Assembly: GCA_009781045.1 (NCBI GenBank)
Contig: WQYW01000004.1
Coordinates: 49 to 64,048 of the forward strand
From: Alphaproteobacteria bacterium
GTDB taxonomy: Bacteria; Pseudomonadota; Alphaproteobacteria; Rhizobiales; Xanthobacteraceae
Direction: 5' to 3'
DNA length: 64,000 nt
The first letter of the stretch is position 1; each line of letters begins with the position of its first letter. A program made the position numbers and the translations under genes. Under the pieces are notes generated by a model. It was not told the origin of the DNA and made no database searches. It worked only from the letters and a program-made list of their open reading frames with translations. Positions 9,665 through 19,100 of this stretch are shown in pieces.

Positions 9665-10510
9665 AATTGCAGCAAGATATTGATTGAGCAGTGTTTTTCT
9701 GATCACGATACGATCCGCGGGAAATGCCCAACAGGCTTTTGCAGGTTCGATCCGTCTCTTGAGCGATGCCGGGCTGCCCCGACAAAAACGCCTGAAATCT
9801 GTGGGACACCGAAATTGAGATGCGCGGATCTCTTGCCTCCACGGCTGCCGACAATGATGAAAGCACCGATTCTTGATTCTCTCATCAGGCTTGCGGGCAG
9901 ATCATCGTTCAAACGCGAAAGGAAACATGGAGCCCGGGCGAGGAACCAGACCACGATGGGGGGACCCGGGAGGTGCTGAAAGTCCGCCTGGCACGAATCG
10001 AATCATGCCGCAGTGGTGCCTTCGAATTTCACCCGGCCGTGGTTCGATCTGACCGCAAGTTCGTGAGCCCAGACCGGCGCCCCCCCTATTCGGTCGGAAT
10101 CACCCCGGGAAATCAAAGGCGGACGCCTGTTGGTGCGAGGTTTTCCCTCCACCCTGCAACGCCGTTCCAGGGTACGAGCGGTCCATGGTGTCGATCGCGT
10201 CATCGGTTGCGGTGCGGAAAGGATATGGTGTGACCGGGGAGGCGTGAGCTATATTCTGCATCGTTTTTGAATTCTGTCCCTGCCTGAGTTGAGGGGCCTT
10301 GCATGCGTTGGCCAATCCATCCGGTTTCTCTTGCGGGCGGGGATGGGGAGGCACGGAATCCGGTCCCGGAAGCAGCAAAGTCGTTGAAACCGGGCCCGGA
10401 TCGTCAGACAGGTGCGCGAAAGCACCAAACCGTGATGGATGGGCTTTGGCTTGAAGAGCCAAAGGGCATCGTTGGGAACCCGTGAAGCCTGGAGGTTGAA
10501 GGAAACGATC

Positions 10511-10963
10511 ATGACGACACCAACGAGTGGAGCTGCGCCGCTGTTTGAATTGCATTCCCCGGTTCGGTTCACGCACACCGATCCGGCCGCCTATGTGTTT
10601 TTTCCGCGCTACTTTGAGATGCTCCAGGCGGTTATCGAGGAATGGTTCACCCAGGCCCTGGATCAACGCTACGCCGACCTTATCATCAACCGTCGGCTGG
10701 GCACGCCCACCGCCGCCACCCAATGCACCTTCATGAAACCATCGCGGCTTGGGGACGTGGTGACCATTGCCGCCAGACTGGAACACATTGGCAATTCGTC
10801 ATTCCGCATCCGCTTCTTCGGCAGATGTGAGGGTGAGAAGCGCCTCGAAGCCGTGTCCACGCTGGTGATGATCAGTCTCGGTGACGGCTCGCCACAGCCA
10901 ATTCCCGCCGACCTGAGGACGAAAATGGAGGCCTATCAGGCCGCCACATCCGACAATGGCTGA
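10511..10963 (+). CDS. Acyl-CoA thioesterase (4HBT/hot-dog family), copy 1
   Basis: VRFTHTDPAAYVFFPRYFEM motif; RBS GGAGG/GAAGG upstream of ATG 10511. Confidence 0.92.
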   Translation: MTTPTSGAAPLFELHSPVRFTHTDPAAYVFFPRYFEMLQAVIEEWFTQALDQRYADLIINRRLGTPTAATQCTFMKPSRLGDVVTIAARLEHIGNSSFRIRFFGRCEGEKRLEAVSTLVMISLGDGSPQPIPADLRTKMEAYQAATSDNG

Positions 10964-12244
10964 CGCTTGCGCAACCCGATTCATGCGGACGGGTGCGCGC
11001 GCAACGGTCCCAGCACGGTTTCCACGACAGCCAGCGCTGCGATGACCATGCCATCGTGCACCCTCGTTGCTGGCTCTGCGAAGTATTGCTGGCAGCTGCC
11101 TCTCTGACACGCTATGGCGTGTGCAGAGATTCTGTGCGGCGTTTTTGGAGCGGTGGCGACGACGGCGCTTTTTGGGCCAGGCCTCAGCTGTCGTCTCCAA
11201 AGACAGCGATCGTCCTTGTTGACGGCCGCCGCGTCAGATTCAAGGTGGACTGCGATCCCGGCCTCGGCCCTTGCTGCCGCACTCATTTCCCGTTTCTGGA
11301 GCAGCGGCGGTACTGAGGGGCATCGCCGTTCATTATCGAAATCGTGTTGGCGGCGCAGCTGGATTCGTCACCATGACGGCCATGCCTGGAAGAATTCCAT
11401 CGGCACACGCGCACGTGTCTCGTCTGCTTTCAGTTTCAGCCTTTCCGCTCAACCGTCTCGTCCTTTTCCGGGTAGGCATCGGATGCCGTGCGGTCGGTTC
11501 GTGGTGCGTTCGGTCCGTGGCGTGGAGCGCCCGACGCGATGTGGCGGCAAGGCGGAGTGAAGGATGCTGCGAGGAAACACCCGGCGGCTAAGAACGATAA
11601 TGCCGAAAACGGGGTCGGCGACCAGAAGATGCCGATCCTTGCGATTCTGCACAATGATCCGGAAAGGCGCCTCTACCCTCTACCGGGCAGACCGCGCAGC
11701 TGCGCCAGGCGGTGTTGCTGTGATCAGGTTTCACAGGCCATGAAATGGGCAAAGCGTGCCGTACGCCGCAGCCGAGAGGCGCCTTGGCAATGCGAAGCCT
11801 CTTTCGACACGCTGCGGCAACTCCCGGTTTCAGTGCAGCGATAATGACTTTCCATCCTTTATCCGCGGGAGTGGATGGCGAAGTTGGCAAGGGGGGATAA
11901 CATCGCTTACGCGCCGACATCAAAGGAATTAAATCATATAAAGCCGGGACAATTTCACCGCCGGGAATCACGGGTTCCTGCCGGGGGCCGGTCGACGTCT
12001 CCGAAATACAGCCTCAACGTGTATCGCGAATACAGTGCTAGCAAGGCGAGTATTCTGGAGAGAAATTGACCGAAAAAGCTGCACCCGACATCACACCCGA
12101 CCTGTGAGGGTCTTGACGATTTCGCCGGAGTCCGGATTCTTGCAAAAAGGAAAGACGTTGACCAACCAAAATACAAAGTACCTGATCGAAATTATGGGGG
12201 TTTGGTTTAATGAACAACTGATCTGAATTTGATGTTTTCACTTT

Positions 12245-13027
12245 GTGGGGGCAAAGGTGAGCAAGCTTCAGGCGGCATGGCAGGTGAGGGAAGGCCAGTG
12301 GAAGCCTGGCCCGGACCTCCCAGAGTGTGCGGGATCCGAGGGTGACCACCCGCAGGCAATGCGGGCCCTGAGGAGGGTTTCGGTCGTGTATTCCGGCCAG
12401 CGGTTGGGAGTGGCTGCAGCGCGGCCATTGCCGACGCTGGGGTTTGCGCTTTCCGAGAGCCGCAAGCGCTCTCAGCTGCCGCCGAAGACGGGGCCGCGGG
12501 TGCTGCTGCAGCAGGGACCCGTCGCTCCCTTCTTGAGGCATCTTCAGTATTTCCTTGAGAAGAATGGCTTCGACACGTGGCTTATCTGCTTCAACGCAGG
12601 CGACAGGCGGTTTCCGGCACGGGAAAATGATCCGGTCTGCCACGACGACATCGCGGCCTGGCCAGGCTGGCTGCGCAATCTGCTTGTCGTGGAAGGCATC
12701 GACCACATTGTCCTGTTTGGCGCAGAGCGTCCTGTTCACAACATCGCCCGCGAGCTGGCCTCTTCGCTCGGCATTGACGTCGTGTCGCTGGAGGAAGGGT
12801 ATGTCCACCCCGGTTTTGTGACGGTCGAGCGCGGGGGTAATAACTGGACGTCGCCGATCGCCGGGGAGGGCCATGCGCTTTTCCTCGCCGGAACCTTCAT
12901 GATGCGTGACAAGGACGTGATTTACGTTGCCAATCACCCCACCGCCGAACTCGGCACATTCCTGTCGACCATCGTTTCTCCAGTTGTGGGTGCAGCTGAG
13001 CGGATAGAGACTGCGGGCGCATGGTGA
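12245..13027 (+). pseudogene. Chimeric remnant: KpsS-like N-terminal half fused to the C-terminus of a Wza/KpsD-type export protein
   Basis: RVLLQQGPVAPF...IVLFGAERPVH...SLEEGYVHPGFVTVERGGNN is KpsS-like; after ~12865 it switches to FLAGTFMMRDKDVIYVANHPTAELGTFL, typical of the end of capsule export lipoproteins. Confidence 0.65.
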
Positions 13028-15129
13028 TGATTTCCACCCATTCTGTCGATCGCGGCAGCGCGGATTTCCGCAGGCACACCACTGCTGTCCCGCAGGCGGA
13101 TGCGTCCGCAAGGATTGCCCTGACCTCCGGCAGGCTGGAACGGATTCCAAACCTTGAAGAGTTTCTGGGGCAGAGGGCGGAATTTGCCAGCAGGATCCGG
13201 TCGCAGCACACTGCGGTAGCCGGCTGGGGTGCGAAGCCCTCCGGCTTGCGTGCGCGCGCGATGGCGGGGGCAAACCTGCCGTTTATGCTGCTCGAAGACG
13301 GCTTTCTGAGGTCTGTCGGGCGCAGCGATCCGCCGCTGTCCCTGGTGGTGGACGATCTCGGTATCTATTACGACGCGACCGGACCGTCGCGCCTGGAGAA
13401 GCTCATCGCGGAGCCGCTGACGGAAGCAGAGAACCTGCGCGCCGGAAAGTTGATGGCACTCTGGCGCGACGGGCGAGTTTCGAAATATAACCACGCCCGC
13501 GATTATGACGGCGCACTGCCGCCCCGCTTTGTCCTGGTCTGCGATCAGACCTATGGCGATGCCTCGGTTGCCGGCGGTTTGGCCGACCATGAGAGCTTTC
13601 AGCGAATGCTTGATGCGGCACTCGCAGAAAATCCGGATTGCACCGTGCTCGTCAAAACCCATCCCGACATCATCACACGCAACAAACGCGGCTATTTCGA
13701 GCGCGCCGGACTGCAGCGCAATCCACGGGCAAGGATCATCGCCGAGGCCTGTCATCCGGTCCGGCTGATCGAGGAAGCAGAGGCCGTCTATGTCGTGACG
13801 TCACAGATCGGCTTTGAGGCCCTGATCCGGGGAAAACCCACGCGCTGCTTTGGCATGCCGTTCTATGCCGGCTGGGGGTTGACCTGCGACGAATTGCCGT
13901 TCCCGGAGCGCCGCGGCAGGGCTACCCTGGCACAGGTGGTCCACGCCGCGCTGGTTTCCTATCCCCGCTATGTCGATCCCGAAACGGGGAGACGCAGTGA
14001 TGCCGAAAAGGCGATCACCTTTATCGCCCGGCAACGCCAAATGCGGGAGCGTTTTGCACCCCGTGTCTACGCCCTGGGCTTTTCGCGCTGGAAGCGGCCG
14101 ATCCTGAAACGCTTCCTGTCCGGGTCGGAGGTCCGCTTTGAGCGCCGCGCAAGCCGGATCCCGCCAAATTCCACCGTCGTGCTGTGGGGAAGCCACGTGC
14201 CTCAATTGCCCGAAGGGACGAGGACGATACGTATCGAGGATGGCTTTCTGAGGTCGGTCGGACTGGGCGCAGAGCTTGCCCAGCCGCTGTCCTGGGTCTG
14301 TGACGACCTCGGGATCTATTACGACGCATCAAAGCCCTCCCGGCTCGAAGACATCCTTGCCAATGTAAAATTCGACGCAGCCACCCTGGAGCGCGCCGCC
14401 AGCTTACGCAAACGGATCCTGGAAGCAGGGCTGACCAAATATAATGCCGACACCGCAGCCTGGCAGCGCCCCAGAGGAACCAGGCGGGTGATCCTCGTCC
14501 CGGGGCAGGTCGAGACCGATGCTTCAATCCGCTATGGTACAGCGGCGATCCAGACCAACCTCGACCTCCTGCGCGCTGTCCGCGCCGCCAACCCTGATTC
14601 CTACATCGTCTACAAACCCCATCCCGATATTGTCGCAGGCTTGCGCAAGCCCGGAGAGACCGAGAACAGCGTCCCTCCATTCTGCAACGAAATTGTCGTC
14701 GCAGCCGACATGGCGCGGCTGCTGGACAAGGTCGATGAGGTTCACACCCTGACCTCGCTCACCGGCTTCGAGGCGCTGATGCGGGACGTGCCGGTGACGT
14801 GTTATGGACGCCCTTTCTATGCGGGTTGGGGCCTCACCCGGGACATGACCGTCGTTCCACGGCGGCAACGCCAGCTTGATCTCGACGCTCTGCTGGCGGC
14901 GAGCCTGATTCTCTATCCGACCTATGTCAGTCGCTCGACCGGGGTCTTTGCCACGCCGGAGCAGGCAACAGCCGAACTTATCGGCTGGCGCAACCGCGGT
15001 CCCGGAAAACCATCGCGGTGGCGGCAGGCCTGGCGCGCCTTCCTGCGGTTGGGCCAACTGTTCCCGTCCCGTCACCATATGGGCGGACTTACGTTCATGC
15101 CTCGTGGTAACAGTCATGTCCGAAGATAG
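13021..15129 (+). CDS. kpsC: Capsular polysaccharide beta-Kdo transferase KpsC
   Basis: Two tandem domains, each with EDGFLRS, D..GIYYDA, K.HPD, TS..GFEAL and YAGWGLT. Confidence 0.93.
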   Translation: MVMISTHSVDRGSADFRRHTTAVPQADASARIALTSGRLERIPNLEEFLGQRAEFASRIRSQHTAVAGWGAKPSGLRARAMAGANLPFMLLEDGFLRSVGRSDPPLSLVVDDLGIYYDATGPSRLEKLIAEPLTEAENLRAGKLMALWRDGRVSKYNHARDYDGALPPRFVLVCDQTYGDASVAGGLADHESFQRMLDAALAENPDCTVLVKTHPDIITRNKRGYFERAGLQRNPRARIIAEACHPVRLIEEAEAVYVVTSQIGFEALIRGKPTRCFGMPFYAGWGLTCDELPFPERRGRATLAQVVHAALVSYPRYVDPETGRRSDAEKAITFIARQRQMRERFAPRVYALGFSRWKRPILKRFLSGSEVRFERRASRIPPNSTVVLWGSHVPQLPEGTRTIRIEDGFLRSVGLGAELAQPLSWVCDDLGIYYDASKPSRLEDILANVKFDAATLERAASLRKRILEAGLTKYNADTAAWQRPRGTRRVILVPGQVETDASIRYGTAAIQTNLDLLRAVRAANPDSYIVYKPHPDIVAGLRKPGETENSVPPFCNEIVVAADMARLLDKVDEVHTLTSLTGFEALMRDVPVTCYGRPFYAGWGLTRDMTVVPRRQRQLDLDALLAASLILYPTYVSRSTGVFATPEQATAELIGWRNRGPGKPSRWRQAWRAFLRLGQLFPSRHHMGGLTFMPRGNSHVRR

Positions 15130-16147
15130 TCTCGCCAAGCAGCCTCCCGAAGCCAGGCCCAAGGCACCGACACCGGATCTGGTCATGCCCAAGCTGGTAC
15201 CGTTAGCCGGCAAACCCGGATGAAATTGCGCTGACACCGGCGGGTGTGGACGCCGTTCGCCCCCAGAAGCGGCGCCGCCGAATCCTGACGATCTCCTTCG
15301 TACTCTGCGTCATCCTCCCCTTCATCTTCGGGACGTTCCATTACGTACGCCTTCATGGCATCCGACCGTTACGTTGCCGGGGCCGCTTTTGCGGTGCAAA
15401 GCATCACAGGCAGCGGAGGCGTCAATCGTCAATCTCCAGGGTTCGTTCACAGGCCTCGCCAACACCGGTTCCACCAATTCGGATTCTTACATCCTGCTGA
15501 AGTTCCTCAAAAGCCGCGACATGGTGGAGCGCCTCGAGAAAGACATGGAATTCCGGGCCGCCTGCGGTGCCGAGAAGGCCGACAGGATCTCCCGCCTTGG
15601 TTCCGATCAGGATATTGAACTTGTCGTGGAGTACTGGGAAAAACGTGTAGAGACAAACTTCGACTGCGACAATGCATCGGGAATTATCCCATTCGACGTC
15701 GAAGCTTTCAGCACAGACGGTGCCAGGAAGATTGCCGACAGAGTCCTGGCACACAGCAGGGAAATGGTGAATAGGCTGTCGGAAGAAGCCCGACGCAATG
15801 CCGTATCTTACGCAGAAGGAGAAGTTGCGCGGGCAGAAAAGAGGCTGCGTGACATCTTTGAACAGGTCCGCACGTTCCGGGCCAGGGAGCAGGCGATCGA
15901 CCCGGCCGCGCTGGCCAAGGCCCAGATTATTGCCGGCCTCGACAAGCAGCTTGCGGAAACACAGGCTCGTATCGCAGTTATCGAAGGCTCCGTCGAGGAG
16001 AATTCACCCGCGCTGCGCAACCTCCGCCGTCAGAGAGAAGCACTCAAACGACAGATCGGCGAGGAAAGCGCTGAAGTCTCAAAAAATTCTCGGAGGGGAC
16101 ATACCCCAGCCCTCTCCGACCTGCTGGCCGTTTACCAAATCATCTGA
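15116..16147 (+). pseudogene. KpsE-like capsule export inner-membrane protein, multiply frameshifted and 3'-truncated
   Basis: Pieces in three frames join as MSEDSLAK...KPDEIALTP...RRILTISFVLCVILP...ASDRYVAGAAFAV...DSYILLKFLKSRDMVERL...AEGEVARAEKRL...IDPAA; the second TM helix is missing because the helicase stop (16140) abuts it. Confidence 0.8.
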
Positions 16148-19100
16148 GTTGCTTATAGCCTTTGCGGGTTTTCTCCAAAGTGAGTTTTTCGGCCTCGGCT
16201 TTGGCACGCTCCTTGCTGTCGAAAGTCTTGACCAGGCGTTGTGCCCTGGCGCCGACGCGACCGAATTCAATGACCACGTCACAGCCGTCAATGCCGATGT
16301 GCCAGAACCGCGGGGAGGTCCCCTCGACCATCTGCAACTCGTTCATCTTCAGGGGGGGCGGCATCTCCGGTGGCGGAGCGGCAGGCGCATGGGTGGCGGC
16401 CGGACGTGGCGAGGAACCGTGACGCGGCGTTCGGGGGCTAAAGGGGACGCTGTCTGGATAGGGGTTGGGATCAAGCAGGTCCCAGCTGGAACGCTTGAGT
16501 TCGGTCTCGATGCGGGCAATGGTCTGGTCTTTGGCGCGCAGCCAGGTGGCGACGGGGACATCCAACACCCGCCAGCCGAAGCTACGCAGCACGGTCGGCC
16601 GGAAGACAAAACGCTCTTCGACATCCCCTGGCTCGACACTGCGGTCGAGCAGGATGGCCAGCGCATAACCGCTGCCGTCCTGCCCGACAATGGCGAGATC
16701 GCAGCGGAAACTGGCGCCACCGACATATTCGTGAACGGTATGACCACGCGAGCGCAATTCTTCCGCAAGAGCGGTGCGCACCGGATCGTCAGGTGCCTCA
16801 AGACCAAAGGTCTCGGCCGCCTGCGGGCTCAGCGTGGTCAGAACCGTCTTCGCATGGTCGAGGGCGCCGCTTGATTGGGCATTGGCGAAGGCAAGAAAAT
16901 TGCGCAGCGCCCGGGCGCCGTCGTTGTGGGTGTTGGTGATCGCCTCGGGGCCAATGGTCGAGATGATTGCCATGTGGCGACGGGCGCGGCTGAAGATGAC
17001 GTTGAGGCGCTTTTCGCCGCCGCGCTGGTTGATGGGACCGAAATTCATCGCCATCCGCCCGTCGCGGCCCGGCGCATAACAGACGCTCATCAGGATGATG
17101 TCGCGCTCATCGCCCTGAACGTTTTCCAGATTCTTGACGAACAGGCCGTTGAACTGGCCGTCATCCTCGCGGACATATTCCTGTTCCAGCGCCGTCGCGA
17201 AGGTCGGGTTGTCGGCTGCCAATCGCTCCAGGGCACTGCTGATCTCGCCCTGCTGCGCCTCCGAGAAGGCGACCACACCCAGACTGAGGCCGGTGTCCCG
17301 GGTCAGCAATTCCCGAACCATACCGGCAATATAGCGCGCTTCAGGGACATTGATGCGCTGCTCATAAACCCCGTCTTTGATGCGATGGGTGGTGATCGGC
17401 GACCTGAGAAGCCGCTCGACGCCCGCCGCCATGGCGTCGTCATCCCTGGAAGACGATGGTGCGGCCGCAATGTCGCCAGAGGGCAGGGCGCGATCGGGAA
17501 TGGTCACCAGCTGGCCGTTGTAGAAGGCGGCGTTGGAGAAGCTGATCAGGGACTCGAAGCGGCTGCGGTAATGCCAGGCCAGCAGGGTTGCGGGCAGGTT
17601 CTGGGCCGCCTGGTTGAGCAGGCTCCCGGCACCGAGCGAAATGGCGATCTGCTGACCATCCTCCTCGGCGATCACCTCGGTGTCCTCGTCGTCAAGCGCC
17701 GCAGAGAAGAAGCTCGTCGGGGGCAACTGCATTTCGTCGCCGACGATGATGACCTGGTCCGCGCGGCACAGAGCCGGCACCGCTTCCTCGACCGGGATCT
17801 GGCTGGCCTCGTCAAAGATCACGACGTCGAAGAGATCAGTCTGCAGCGGCAAGGTGTCGGAAACCGACAGTGGGCTCATCAGCCAGATCGGCTTTAAGTC
17901 GTTGACCACATTGCCGCAATCACCGCCCGAAAGTTCCCGGATCGAACGATAGCGCATGCTTTTGCCGAATTCATGCTCCAGTTCGCGGCGGCCGCCGGCA
18001 TAGCGTTTCTTGAATCCTCGCCCCTGATCGTCAAGCATCGACAGCGACAGCTCGGATAGGCGGACATGATCGCGGAAATTATGCTGCAGCACCGCGCGCA
18101 CCACGTCCGAATTCGAGCTGCGCAGACGGGTCTGCGCCGTCTCTGCCTTGCGGGTCAGGCCCATCAGACGGTCGATATCGAAGCGCTTGATCTCGGGGTT
18201 GGCGCGCTCAATGCCGCCAATCGCTTCATCGACGACGAGCGCCTCCAGCGCCGGCAAGGGCAGCGCAATCGAGCGCAAGGTCGCGGAGAAACGCGGCTCC
18301 GCCCGATGGATTTTGGCAAGGAAGGGAAGAAGGTCGGGAAGATCCTCCAGGCTCTCGCGCAGGTCACGCAGCAATGTGCCAAGCTGTTCAAGGGTCAGCT
18401 GGTCCGCGTCGATGCCATCGCGGATGGTCTGTGACAGCCGGCGCAGGGTCGGTGCCTGTTCTGCTGCCTGCGACAGGGCTGCCGCGCCATCGCGCGAGGC
18501 GCGCACCTCCTTCATCATGCGCACCACCGCTCGCGGCGGCTGCCCCCGGAGCTGTTTGCGCAAGGCATTGAAGGCTTCAAGGCTCGGAATCGCCATCCTT
18601 TGTTCGATGGTGCCGACTTTTGCCTCCCGGGCGGCATCGGCTTCATGGCGCTTGTCGAGAACCTCAAGAACAGAGGTGATCGTGGGCACAATATTGTGGG
18701 CGCTGAAGTCGTAACGTTCCCTCACCAGTCGGCTCAGCCGGCGCCAGTTGCCGTCGAAGAACCGGAAAAAGCTGTGCTCCTTCACGCGCGCCAGAGCCAG
18801 CGCCGCCCGGGTATCGGCGGGCGACAGTGCGTCAGCGGACCAGTGAATGGCGCGCTCTGCGGCTTTGTGGCACTTGTTGTTCAACGCCTTGAGTTCGGCG
18901 AGATCAAGATCCAGCGTCTTTGATGCGCGGGAGCCGGGATTGAGGACATCAAGGAAGCGGGAAAGACCGGTCGCACACATCTCTTCGGCCATGGCCAGGA
19001 CCACCAGCGCGTCCGTGATCCCCGTCTCAGGCGTGATCAGAGAGTTCGCCTGCAGGGCGTGATCAAGCCTGGCGAGATGCTCTTCGGCCTCGTCAATGAT

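Noticed and set aside
9735-10060. GGTTCGATCC-like T-loop motifs (near 9745 and 10041)
   Set aside because: No cloverleaf or acceptor stem can be built around them.
11590-11830. Possible C39 peptidase remnant on the minus strand (IIVQNRKDRHLLVADPVFGIIVLSRR)
   Set aside because: Only one short motif-like stretch with no continuous frame; needs BLASTX.
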